Shown here: positions 1-9,374 of the stretch, in pieces
Numbering within the stretch: position 1 is the first letter of the stretch
Layout of the letters: each line of letters opens with the position of its first letter
Virus record (IMG/VR): IMGVR_UViG_3300031912_000032
Span: 1 to 40,111 of that record
DNA: 40,111 nucleotides
From: a virus
Lineage: Duplodnaviria > Caudoviricetes
Reading direction: 5' to 3' (one strand)
Position numbers and translations under genes: made by a program
The notes under the pieces: generated by a model
What the model saw: the letters and a program-made list of their open reading frames with translations, nothing else
What the model was told of the DNA's origin: nothing
Databases searched by the model: none

Positions 1-1
1 T

Positions 2-3000
2 GATTCGTCGCCTACTCTAACGTGCAGTGCGTCTAATACCTGGGTTACATCCGTTATAGCTCTGGCTCCGAGTGCGGGTGGCACTCTGGCATTTGATGCT
101 GCTTCGACTACTGCTGCGATTACTGCACTTGGTAACTCCTTCACTCCGCCGGCAGTAACTGCCGGATTTGCGGGTGATTCCTCGCTTATCATGGTAGTTG
201 GTACTGGAAGTAGCAGTAGCCTTTCCATTACGTCTAGTACCAACGTCCCGCCATCTGGCTGGACGAATAGTGCCGGGTTTGCCACTAGTACCGGGAATAC
301 TACTAACCACCGTGTTGCCGGTACTATGTATCAGACGGGGATTGCCTCTGCCGGTAGCGTAGTGCCTGGCTCCGATAGCTTTACCACCGTCGCGGCACAG
401 ACGTTTGCGTTTTGTTCTATCCAGGTTCTTGTCCAGGACGTTCCAGGCTCAACGACTTATTCCGTTGCTGGCTCGGCTCCGGCAGCTTCCAGTAGCAATG
501 GTACTGTAGGGCTCAATGGAGTCCTGACGGGCTCCGCTCCGGCTTCCGCTAGCGCGAGTGGTTCCGTTACGAGCACCGGAGTTATAACAGGCTCCTCGCC
601 TCCCAGTTCTTATGCTACTGGTACTGTTTCCTCAGTTTTCAGGATAGCAGCTTCATCGGCTTCTACGTCAGGCACTAATGGTGCGCTAGGTACGCTTGGC
701 GTTCTTGCTGGATCCGCGTCCTCTACCGTTTCCGCTAACGGTGCGGTAAGTCTTGTTAAGGCTCCTATTGAGCTGGATGGTAGTTCGGTTGCATCCTCTA
801 CGGCTAATGGCGCGTTTGCGGCTGCTGTCTATGTCGTATCGGGCTCTGCTGATTCAGGCCCTGCCAATTCGGCTAGCGGTGCCGTAATCAAGATTGGCTC
901 TCCGGTAGTTACTCAGGACGGCCGGGTTAGTACCAAGGTTACTGGGACGAGTGTTGGGCCAGCCGTCACCGGGACCTATTCCTGGAACGTTGGTGATCTA
1001 CTGGTCGCTCACCTAGGTATGGACAACATCCTGGGTGCGATCAGCTTTAGCGCAGTTCCCAGCTTTAGTGCCTGGACTGACCTGACTGATAATAGTGTTG
1101 GATCGGGCACTAACGGCCTCCGGAACCGTGCCGCCTGGTGCCAATGTACTACCGCATTTACTGGTACTGCGTCGGTAACAGCTACCGTACCATCCTCTGC
1201 GGCAAACGTCCTAGAGCTATTCATCATAACTGGTGAGGATTCAGCAGGAGCGCTACGCGGGCAGAATAACGCGACTTCCCTGACTGCGGTGCCTACGTTT
1301 ACCATAACTGCTACTGCTGGTGGGGATTTCAACGGGACTACCCTGATACTTGGGACTTCTGCCATCCCGAGTGGTACGGCGGCAAATACTGCGTCGGGCT
1401 GGCCGGTAGTCCAGTCCTCGGCAACGACGTATGGGACTACCGGCGGCCAGGCAAAGTCAAACGTCTCGCTGGCATGGGCGGTAGGCACACAGTCGGTCGT
1501 TGGTGCTGGTAGTGTAACGGGAAACTGCCAGGCCGGAGCCGGTACTAACGGGACTGTTACGGACGGCTTTATCGTCGCCTCTCTGTCGCCAGGCCCGGTA
1601 ACGTTTGAGGTTGATGGCTCCTCGGATACTACAGGCGTACTGTCCGCCAATGGTACGCTAGGCACTGTGGGCGTCCTCGCGGGTAACAGTATCAATAACG
1701 TATCGTCTGCGAGCGGTACCGTTGTTGCCGCAATGGCGTTGACCGGATATGCTCCTGCCGTATCAACAGGCGATGGCTCGGTTGCTAGCTTCCGGATCGT
1801 AGCGGGCTCTGCTGCCTCTACTTCGCTAGCTAATGGTACATTCGGGCTACTCGCGGCACTATCAGGAACTGCGGCTAGCGTATCAGCCGCGAGCGGAGCC
1901 GTTACTCAGGTCATGGCTCCGGCCGGTACGTCCAGTACGGTGTCGCTGGCTAATGGTACTGTTACCTGGACTGCGGTCATATCCGGTCTGTCTACGATTG
2001 CGTCTATCGCTAATGGTACGTTCGGTGCGGCTGCCCTATCCGGTTCATCCTCATCGGCTTCGCTCGCGTCCGGCTCTCAGACGTCAGTCCTGGCTGTCTC
2101 AGGATCAGCCGCATCCTCCTCACCGGCAGCCGGAACTGTTTATGCTACCCTAACACTTAATGGCTCGGCTGCGTCCTCGTCTGTAGCCAATGGTGCATTC
2201 GGGCTAATTGGGGTATTTGCGGGTTCATCAGTAACCGGGAGCGGTGCGGCCGGTACCGTCTCCAGTCTCCTTGCGGTAACTGGTTCTGGGATTACGGCTA
2301 GCCAGGGTAATGCTAACGTCGCGATTACTGCGGGAGCACAGACTTACGTTATAGCAGGGCAGTCTGCGTCTGTATCGTCGGCCAGTGGTACGGTTATCCT
2401 GCAGGGAGTCACATCCGGTAGTGCGATCACAGCTAGCTCGGCATCAGGAGCCTTGACGCTGGCTGCGGCCGTATCCGGTAGTTCATCTACGGTTAGCCAG
2501 GCTACTGGCTCTCTAAGCAGGACCGGCATTCTTTCCGGTAGCTCCATCACTATCTCTACGGCAAACGGTTCCCTTACCGCTGTAGGTGTGGTATCCGGCT
2601 CCTCTGCCGTATCCTCGTCCGCGAATGGCTGGCTCGCGGGAGGCCCTGTATCCGGAAGCTCTCTAACGGCCTCTACGGCTTCCGGGAGCCTAGGACTCCG
2701 GGCCGTCCTTGCGGGAAGCTCTACGGCCTCCTCCGTCGCGTCCGGTGCTATTGTCGCGGTAGGCGTCCTCTCCGGCTCTAGTGTGACCGGGAGTATGGGC
2801 ACCGGAGCGGTGTCCATATCAAAGGCTCCGCTCACGCTCTCCGGCTCCGGGGTAACGCCATCCTCCGCGAGCGGAGCCGTTACCGGGCTCCTCGCGGCTC
2901 TAGGAAGCTCTCTAACGGCTTCGACGGCCGGAGGGACGCTAGGACTCCGGGGAGCCGTCTCCGGAGCCGCTACGGCCGTCTCCGTCGCGTCCGGGGCCGT

Positions 3001-3304
3001 TTACGCGGCCGGAGTCCTCTCGGGAACCGGAATTACGGCTAGTTATGCTCACGGATGGCTCATCGAGGCAGCCCGTATCTCTGGCGTGAGCATTACGGCA
3101 TCCGGAGGCGATGGGACTCTCCTGCCTCCGTTCGTCGCCGGAGCCCTACCTTCCAACCTCTCGTCCACTGTCGTCTATACACGATGGATCCTAAAGGCTG
3201 ATGTCTCTCGCGACGATTCAGCTACCGGCTCTCCGGTCGTATACGCAAAGTCCAATAATGCTACCACTACAACCAATTCAATTAGTTCCGAGGTGACACG
3301 ATGA
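2..3304 (+). CDS. Large Ser/Ala/Gly/Thr-rich virion protein (putative head fibre/decoration or displaced minor tail), 5'-truncated
   Basis: Frame is open from base 2 through the ATG at 191, so the gene begins upstream of the window. It has many ~21-aa repeats of the type SGSSxTxSxAxGxL interrupted by beta-rich globular segments, and lies just upstream of scaffold and capsid. Confidence 0.6.
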   Translation, partial: DSSPTLTCSASNTWVTSVIALAPSAGGTLAFDAASTTAAITALGNSFTPPAVTAGFAGDSSLIMVVGTGSSSSLSITSSTNVPPSGWTNSAGFATSTGNTTNHRVAGTMYQTGIASAGSVVPGSDSFTTVAAQTFAFCSIQVLVQDVPGSTTYSVAGSAPAASSSNGTVGLNGVLTGSAPASASASGSVTSTGVITGSSPPSSYATGTVSSVFRIAASSASTSGTNGALGTLGVLAGSASSTVSANGAVSLVKAPIELDGSSVASSTANGAFAAAVYVVSGSADSGPANSASGAVIKIGSPVVTQDGRVSTKVTGTSVGPAVTGTYSWNVGDLLVAHLGMDNILGAISFSAVPSFSAWTDLTDNSVGSGTNGLRNRAAWCQCTTAFTGTASVTATVPSSAANVLELFIITGEDSAGALRGQNNATSLTAVPTFTITATAGGDFNGTTLILGTSAIPSGTAANTASGWPVVQSSATTYGTTGGQAKSNVSLAWAVGTQSVVGAGSVTGNCQAGAGTNGTVTDGFIVASLSPGPVTFEVDGSSDTTGVLSANGTLGTVGVLAGNSINNVSSASGTVVAAMALTGYAPAVSTGDGSVASFRIVAGSAASTSLANGTFGLLAALSGTAASVSAASGAVTQVMAPAGTSSTVSLANGTVTWTAVISGLSTIASIANGTFGAAALSGSSSSASLASGSQTSVLAVSGSAASSSPAAGTVYATLTLNGSAASSSVANGAFGLIGVFAGSSVTGSGAAGTVSSLLAVTGSGITASQGNANVAITAGAQTYVIAGQSASVSSASGTVILQGVTSGSAITASSASGALTLAAAVSGSSSTVSQATGSLSRTGILSGSSITISTANGSLTAVGVVSGSSAVSSSANGWLAGGPVSGSSLTASTASGSLGLRAVLAGSSTASSVASGAIVAVGVLSGSSVTGSMGTGAVSISKAPLTLSGSGVTPSSASGAVTGLLAALGSSLTASTAGGTLGLRGAVSGAATAVSVASGAVYAAGVLSGTGITASYAHGWLIEAARISGVSITASGGDGTLLPPFVAGALPSNLSSTVVYTRWILKADVSRDDSATGSPVVYAKSNNATTTTNSISSEVTR

Positions 3305-3711
3305 GTGATACCACATCCCTGTTCTTTTACCAGAACAATGACATCGTCGTCATAGCAAAATTTCCTGATATAACTGACGGCACTGGGGTAACGACCGAAT
3401 TCTGGTACAAGGACAATAAGTTTACGGCAGATACCGACCCATCGTCAACTATGTATGTGGGCGATGCCCTGACGGTAGGGACTGACGGTATCTGGTTTAC
3501 GCAGTTCCATATACCAGCGACTCATAACGCACTTACCGGAGCATTCTGGTGGCGTGTTGATGCTATTGACACCCAGAATCACCGGAGGACGGCACAATGC
3601 GGGACTCTACTAGTGGAGGCAGTGTTATGGCTGAAAAGACGCCTCAGGAAGTCCGGTCTACTGAAAGGCTTATGCATTACTGGGCTGAAGGTGCGGGCCG
3701 TGCTAAGATAA
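3301..3711 (+). CDS. Small Ig-like/BppU-N-like virion protein
   Basis: ATG overlaps the upstream stop; RBS GAGGTG; beta-strand pattern ending GAFWWRVDA...GTLLV. The last ~28 aa overlap the next gene and may be spurious. Confidence 0.45.
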   Translation: MSDTTSLFFYQNNDIVVIAKFPDITDGTGVTTEFWYKDNKFTADTDPSSTMYVGDALTVGTDGIWFTQFHIPATHNALTGAFWWRVDAIDTQNHRRTAQCGTLLVEAVLWLKRRLRKSGLLKGLCITGLKVRAVLR

Positions 3712-3887
3712 ACTGGGGAGTCCCAGGGGATTTTGATAGGTGCCTCACAGAGCTTGGCAAGTACGTAGGCCCTGAGATAGTCAAGGGTCTTTGCGCTAAT
3801 CTCCATCATCGTGCTACCGGAGGATGGCCAGGCCACGCTCCGGGAGTTGAAGAAGCAATGGCCAAGGCAAAGAGCAAGAAAGGCTAG
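3627..3887 (+). CDS. Conserved actinophage head-region hypothetical protein (WGxPGDFxRC...GLCANLH...ATGxWPG)
   Basis: GGAGG at 3615-3619 precedes ATG 3627; motif recalled from actinophage head modules. Confidence 0.65.
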   Translation: MAEKTPQEVRSTERLMHYWAEGAGRAKINWGVPGDFDRCLTELGKYVGPEIVKGLCANLHHRATGGWPGHAPGVEEAMAKAKSKKG

Positions 3888-3913
3888 GACTTCCGTCCGG
3901 CCTTTCCCGGAGA

Positions 3914-3919
3914 TATAAT
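3914..3919 (+). promoter_or_regulatory. Putative -10 box (TATAAT) upstream of scaffold/capsid
   Basis: Perfect TATAAT in a short intergenic gap, 30 nt before the scaffold ATG; no clear -35. Confidence 0.5.
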
Positions 3920-3949
3920 CCGTAGTTAGCTCGTGGACAGGAGACGAGA

Positions 3950-4564
3950 ATGAGTGAGGATGCTGGAGCCGCTACCGATGCCGGAACGGCTGACGTAGAT
4001 GCTGATGCCATCGCGGCCGGAACGGACGCGGTAGATGCTGAAGCGGAACAGCTTCTGGGAGATATGCTCGACAAGGACCCAGACGCTCTGGCGAGCGAGC
4101 TAGATAAATGGCGTAAGGAATCCCGTAAGTGGGAGAGTCGCGCCAAGCAGAATTCCGATGCGGCCGCACGGCTCAAGGACATCGAGCAGAAGAACATGAC
4201 TGAGCTTGAGAAGGCTCAGGCGGCACAGCGAGAGGCAGAGGAGCGGGCCATAACGGCCGTCGCTACCCACAATCGAGTCATGGCTGCGGCCGCTCACAAT
4301 CTCCCGGTAGAGCTTATCGATGATCTCGGCTCCGGAACGGAGGAGGAGATCAATGAGCGCGCGGAGAGATTTGCGCGAGTTATCCAGGGAGCGGCACAGG
4401 ATATTGCGAATGACATACTCGCGCAGAACGCAAACCGGAACGGTATGCCAATGGGCGCACGCCCAGTCGAGTCGATGAGACCAGGATCAGCGCCAGCCAG
4501 CGGTGGAACGCCAACGACGGCTGAGGACTGGTTTAGGCAACTAGTAAATCAGCGAAACGAATAA
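3950..4564 (+). CDS. Capsid scaffolding protein
   Basis: Acidic N-terminus, coiled-coil KWRKESRKWESRAKQN...MTELEKAQ, immediately upstream of the capsid gene. Confidence 0.85.
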   Translation: MSEDAGAATDAGTADVDADAIAAGTDAVDAEAEQLLGDMLDKDPDALASELDKWRKESRKWESRAKQNSDAAARLKDIEQKNMTELEKAQAAQREAEERAITAVATHNRVMAAAAHNLPVELIDDLGSGTEEEINERAERFARVIQGAAQDIANDILAQNANRNGMPMGARPVESMRPGSAPASGGTPTTAEDWFRQLVNQRNE

Positions 4565-4578
4565 TAGAAAGGCAAACC

Positions 4579-5764
4579 GTGCCGACGTATGGAACACACA
4601 TCGGCCGTACCACCACTGGCTCTGATCCACTCGTCCCGGAGCCTCTAGCTACGGCCATCATTCAGGAAGCGCCCAAGGCCTCAGCCGCGCTTACCCTGAT
4701 GAACAAAACGGTCTTGTCCGCCAAGACCCAGCGCATGCCCGTCCTCGATGTCCTCCCGGTCGCATATTGGGTTGGGGGTGATACAGGAATGAAGCAGACG
4801 AGTATGCAACAGTGGAAGAACGTGGTCATGGTTGTAGAAGAACTCGCCTGCATTTTACATCGTTCCTATTCCAGAAGCCTATCTGGATGACGCGGACGTA
4901 CCACTCTGGAACGAGGTTCAGCCTCGCATTACAGAGGCTGTGGGTCAGCTCATCGACCTGGCTGTTCTCTGGGGGATCAACAAGCCAACGACCTGGGGCG
5001 AAGCCGTCTTCACCGGAGCCGGTAAGTCCGGCCACTACGTCATCCAGGGGACCAACGTTGACCTGGGCCAGGACGTTGCCAAACTCGCGCAGCAGATGGC
5101 TCTTACCGGCTATACGGTTAACGGCTTTGCGGCAATGCCGGGAATGTCGTGGCAGCTGGTCGGTATGCGCTCCGCGCAAGGCGTCCCGATTTACCAGCCG
5201 GATATGACAGATACTCCCGGTGGGACGCTCTACGGCTACGACATGTCCGAGGTCAACAATGGGTCCTGGCAGATGGGCCTTACCGGAGCCGTCATGCTCT
5301 GCGGCGACTTTACTAAGTCGATCATCGGAATGCGGCGTGATATCACCTTCAAGATGTTCACTGAAGGCGTTATCTCCGACGACACCGGCAAGGTCATCCT
5401 CAACCTCATGCAGCAGGACTCCGTGGCGATGCGGATGACTATGCGGCTCGCGTACGCGACCGTCAACCCGGTCACGATCATGCAGCCGTCGGCCGTTATC
5501 TCCGGGACGAACCCGCAGCGGTGGCCGTATGGCGCAGTCCTGCCAGTCGGCGCAACCGCTCCTACGGCGGCAGCGCTCAACGTCATCCAGGCTCCTCCGT
5601 ATCCGTATACTGGCTCATTCGCCTACGATCCTACGGAAGCAGAGCTTGACAACCCGCAGGAGACGGAGAGTGCGAAGGCGCATTCGGCCGCACAAGAAGC
5701 CAATGAGCGCGAGGTAAGCGAGCGGACACGGGCTCGCTCGCGCGCTCCACGCAAAGCGGAGTAA
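4579..5764 (+). CDS. Major capsid protein (HK97 fold), frame broken by an apparent 7-nt insertion at ~4851-4860
   Basis: RBS AGAAAGG plus GTG. ORFs 4579-4890 and the +1 frame ending at 5764 join to give ...EELACIVPIPEAYLDDADVPLWNEVQPRITEAVGQLID...; typical motifs PVAYWVGG, GDFTKSIIG, NLMQQDSVAMR. Confidence 0.85.
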
Positions 5765-5767
5765 GCC

Positions 5768-6067
5768 GTGACGAATTACAAGCAGACGGCGCATACGGCT
5801 GTTGGTGCGTCGGCTACGCCTATCGACGCGGGAGCCGGTAGTACGTATGGCTCGTTCTACCTGCGAGTCGTTAGCCCGGCTCCGGATAGCACGGTTAACC
5901 TGGAAACAAGTCCGGACGGTACAACCTGGACCGTCAAGGCTTCTGTCAAGGGTGACGGCTGGGGCTACGCGAATTCCGACCACCGTACAAGGCAGGCCCG
6001 TAGCAACGTTACCAGCCTTGGTACTGGCGCGGCACCGCTTTCAGCCATCGTCACCTGCTATCCATGA
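5768..6067 (+). CDS. Small virion protein downstream of capsid
   Basis: Position; beta-sandwich-like VNLETSPDGTTW motif. Confidence 0.55.
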   Translation: MTNYKQTAHTAVGASATPIDAGAGSTYGSFYLRVVSPAPDSTVNLETSPDGTTWTVKASVKGDGWGYANSDHRTRQARSNVTSLGTGAAPLSAIVTCYP

Positions 6068-6103
6068 ACCTGATGATTACGGCCCGGCAGGAAGGAGAGG
6101 GAT

Positions 6104-6760
6104 ATGAGAATCGGTGATCCCACGCTGCCGACGCTCGCGAGCCCGGACGATATCGTAGATAGGCTGGGCCGTAATCTCAACCAGGTAGAGGCAGCCCGGA
6201 TCGATGCCCTGCTTCGCGACGGCTCTGCGCTTGTCCGGCGATACTGCCGGCAGGACTTTATGAAGGAGGTGGGGCTTACTGAGATATTCGTGGCGGATGC
6301 CGGAGAGATCCGGCTTAGCAATCGTCCGGTTACCGCAGTCAATTCCGTCGTGTGGAAGTCAGGCAACCCGGCTCTCCTGGGCGATATGACTATTTCCTGG
6401 TACATATTCGATGGGATTGATAAGATTACCATTCCGTCACCGTACCAGAGTGGCATCATCAACCTGCCGTACATGTGGTACCTGACGTCGTGGTACTCCG
6501 ATTCCTTTGCGGTGCAGTATGACTACGGCTATGCAAATCCTCCACTAGAGGCCGTAGCCGTCCTCTGTACCGCGATCATATCGGAGCTAGCTACGCCTAC
6601 GATGTCGGCTACTCTTCAGAGTGAGTCGATTGGCCCCTACTCCTACTCGATGCGTCGTACGTCCGGAGCCGGGCTCAATGCGGCTCTAATGGATGCGGGT
6701 ATGGCTACTGCGCTCAAGGACTTCCGCCGGCCAGCCGGGACGATAGCGGTGAGAATCTGA
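6104..6760 (+). CDS. Head-to-tail adaptor
   Basis: LASPDDIVDRLGR...LLRDGSALVRRYC...SESIGPYSYS pattern; synteny. Confidence 0.8.
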   Translation: MRIGDPTLPTLASPDDIVDRLGRNLNQVEAARIDALLRDGSALVRRYCRQDFMKEVGLTEIFVADAGEIRLSNRPVTAVNSVVWKSGNPALLGDMTISWYIFDGIDKITIPSPYQSGIINLPYMWYLTSWYSDSFAVQYDYGYANPPLEAVAVLCTAIISELATPTMSATLQSESIGPYSYSMRRTSGAGLNAALMDAGMATALKDFRRPAGTIAVRI

Positions 6761-7107
6761 TGCACCCGCTTCCGTACTCACAGACAATAACCCTGATACA
6801 GCGTGTCCTGTCGGCTACCAAGGACCAGTACGGCAACGACGTTTATACAGACGTTCAGTCAGACGTCCCATTCTGTGTCGTAGCTCCGGCGATTAGTACC
6901 GAGGACATTCAGTGGACGGAGCACGTTAGTACGGACATTACCGTGTTTGTCCCGGCCGGTACCGTTGTTGGCCCACTAGACGCATTCCTGATCAATGGGA
7001 ATAAGTACGAGGTTCATGGTGACCCGAATCAGTATCAGTCGCCTTTCTCCGGGCACTATGGGCCTACCCAGATCCGGGCTTCTAAGGTTACAGGAGCTTC
7101 AGTATGA
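6760..7107 (+). CDS. Head-to-tail stopper
   Basis: DQYGN motif, KYEVHGDP, size and synteny. Confidence 0.75.
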   Translation: MHPLPYSQTITLIQRVLSATKDQYGNDVYTDVQSDVPFCVVAPAISTEDIQWTEHVSTDITVFVPAGTVVGPLDAFLINGNKYEVHGDPNQYQSPFSGHYGPTQIRASKVTGASV

Positions 7108-7439
7108 GTGTTCATTTCAACCCGGACCATCGTGGCGTAGAGAGAATGCTTAATGCGACATTCATGCGGGAGGCAATGCTCCGGATAGCGGAGGAGATAA
7201 AGTTCAGGGCTATAGCGATAGCTCCTGTTGACGTTAGGGATAAGCATCCTGGCCGGTACAAGGCAAGTTTCCACACTCGCGTTCACTCGCACGGAGGAGC
7301 GAGGCATGATAGGGCAGAGGCTATTGTCTGGAATGACTCTCCGGAAGCCCTGTATGTCGAATGGGGTCATCACGGACGCGAGCCGTATCACGTCCTAGCT
7401 ATTGCCTCGTTCCTGCAGCATAGGATCAGGCATGCCTAA
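7104..7439 (+). CDS. HK97 gp10-like neck/tail completion protein
   Basis: APVD...GRYKASF...ALYVEWG pattern; synteny. Confidence 0.7.
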   Translation: MSVHFNPDHRGVERMLNATFMREAMLRIAEEIKFRAIAIAPVDVRDKHPGRYKASFHTRVHSHGGARHDRAEAIVWNDSPEALYVEWGHHGREPYHVLAIASFLQHRIRHA

Positions 7440-7824
7440 CCTAGTCCCGGAATTCCCGGATGCGGAGAGTGTGCTGATGTACGCTCTTGTCCCGATGGAG
7501 CCTAGCATTCGTTTTGTCACTTCCATGCCGGCCGAGGTGCCGGTGATTACCGCGAGGATTCACCGTATTAGTGGATCTAACCGTAACATTGGCGTTGACA
7601 GCCCGATTATTGATATTGATGTATTTGGCCCTAAAGCTCAGGTCGGTTCCGTGTCGAATGCCGCTCGCGCGATACAGAGTGATATCTTGTCGCTTATGAG
7701 CGTACAAGTGATGAATGGAGTTATACAGCACGTCACGACCGTTAATGGACCTCGCTCACTACCGGAGGCTAACCCTGATCTAGTCCGCTATTCCGCAACG
7801 TACGAAATGCATATACACCCCTGA
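7432..7824 (+). CDS. Tail terminator
   Basis: FPDAE...IHRISGS...IDIDVFG; precedes major tail; ATG 7432 overlaps upstream gene. Confidence 0.7.
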   Translation: MPNLVPEFPDAESVLMYALVPMEPSIRFVTSMPAEVPVITARIHRISGSNRNIGVDSPIIDIDVFGPKAQVGSVSNAARAIQSDILSLMSVQVMNGVIQHVTTVNGPRSLPEANPDLVRYSATYEMHIHP

Positions 7825-7834
7825 AGGGAATGAA

Positions 7835-8551
7835 ATGCCGCCAGATAAAACGCAGGAAGCTCCGCAGACACTCGATGCCGGGACCTACGGCCTGACTCCT
7901 CCTGCGACCGGAACCTACAAGGACAATACCCTCCTCTATGCGGCCGGAGATGTGGTCGTATGGGTTGGCATGCCGAACAACGCGAGCCCGCCACAAGGGT
8001 TTGAGGACCCAACTACCCTTGGCACCGGCACCTACAAGTGCTGTGGCTGGGCCGATACCTCCGGGTATATCTTTAAGCTTGACGAAACAATCAAGGATAT
8101 TCCGGCCGCAGGCGTCCTCACGCCAGTCCGGTCCATCCTTACGGGTGGCGTCAAGACGGTCCAGTCCATCTTCCTAGAGGCGACAAATCCATACGTCCTC
8201 TCGCTCTACGATGACGTGCCTATCTTCCCGGTAGCGTCCTCTCCGCTCAAGCCGGCCACGACTCCGCCACCGCCTCTTCCGGCCAACTCCGCGCTCTATA
8301 TCATCCCGGACCCACCGGCCGATAATCGTTACTCCTTTATCTTCGACAGTATCGACGGGACCAAGCAGATGCGGCTGTATGCCCCGTTCGCGAAGGTAAC
8401 GGCGCGAGGCAACCATCAGGTCCAGCAGGGCGACATTATCATGACGGACCTTACGTTCACATTCTATCCCGGCACAATCGGGACGGCACAGAACGCAGTC
8501 GCTCAGCGCGCCATTAACTATGGCAAGTCTATGACGGCCTACTTTACGTGA
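7835..8551 (+). CDS. Major tail protein
   Basis: Synteny; actinophage tube-like pattern (FIFDSIDG...RLYAP...LTFTFYP). Confidence 0.8.
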   Translation: MPPDKTQEAPQTLDAGTYGLTPPATGTYKDNTLLYAAGDVVVWVGMPNNASPPQGFEDPTTLGTGTYKCCGWADTSGYIFKLDETIKDIPAAGVLTPVRSILTGGVKTVQSIFLEATNPYVLSLYDDVPIFPVASSPLKPATTPPPPLPANSALYIIPDPPADNRYSFIFDSIDGTKQMRLYAPFAKVTARGNHQVQQGDIIMTDLTFTFYPGTIGTAQNAVAQRAINYGKSMTAYFT

Positions 8552-8934
8552 TGGCTACTCCGCTAGGGCCGGTAGACCGGCACGATGATGACGAGGAGCA
8601 AGAGGTTGATATTGACCTTGACCTCCTCGATGAGGAGCTACGTCGCGAGGCTCTAGGCCAGGCGACTACGGTCAAGCTGGATGGGAAGGTAATTCACATC
8701 CTCCATGCCGGCGACTGGTCCTCTTCCGCAATGTCCGCAGCCACTCAGGGCCAATGGGAGGTCTGGGCGCGAGAGGTGATCGAGGACGATACAGAGTATC
8801 AGACCTGGCTAGATGCGGATCTCCGGAATTACCAGATGGAAGCCGTGTTTGCGGAATGCGCTAGGCAGGCCCGGCTTAACATGGGAAAATCCAGAAGGCC
8901 ATCTGGCTCACGGCATCGTTCCAGGAGGAGATAG
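8548..8934 (+). CDS. Tail assembly chaperone (short form)
   Basis: Between major tail and tape measure; slippery site near its end. Confidence 0.8.
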   Translation: MMATPLGPVDRHDDDEEQEVDIDLDLLDEELRREALGQATTVKLDGKVIHILHAGDWSSSAMSAATQGQWEVWAREVIEDDTEYQTWLDADLRNYQMEAVFAECARQARLNMGKSRRPSGSRHRSRRR

Positions 8935-9374
8935 AGGCAGACTTTGCCAGGTATTACCATCTAGACTTCCTTGACCTCTACCGGAGGAATAGCGGGCTTA
9001 CCTGGCGGAAGATGCTAGCTCTCATCGACGGCCTGCCACCGGAGAGCCTATTGAATACTGCGATACGAAACGGTACGGCAGAGGAAGTCCTCGCGACACG
9101 CTCTGGTGATCCGTCACAGGCTCGATGGAGTAATCTGGAGAACCTTATCGCTACACTAATCGATGAGATGCGGAATATGGGATGGATGTACGCCCAGGCC
9201 CATTCCGAGACAAAGATCAAGCGGCCGGACCCAGTTATGCGGCCAGGAATCCGTAAGCATCAGTTCCGTGTCATATCGCTAGAGGACGCAAGGCGAATGG
9301 ACCCACGGCTCCGGGACGTACCGGATGAGGAAGCCCAGGCTAAACTCGACCAGATGACTAGGGGAGGTAAGTAA
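8548..9374 (+). CDS. Tail assembly chaperone, -1 frameshift long form
   Basis: After G GGA AAA the -1 frame reads KIQKAIWLTASFQEEIEADFARYYHLDFLDLYR... and runs into the 9012-9374 ORF. Confidence 0.8.
8883..8889 (+). promoter_or_regulatory. Programmed -1 frameshift slippery heptamer GGGAAAA
   Basis: X XXY YYZ in the correct phase; standard for siphovirus tail chaperones. Confidence 0.85.

Noticed and set aside
3205-3250. SATGSP near the C-terminus of the giant protein, resembling the capsid N-arm motif
   Set aside because: Too short, lacks DPLVPEP, and lies in a Ser/Ala/Thr/Gly-rich protein where chance matches are likely.
8883-8889. Programmed -1 frameshift in the tail chaperone
   Set aside because: Real, but a standard siphovirus feature; listed as a feature only.
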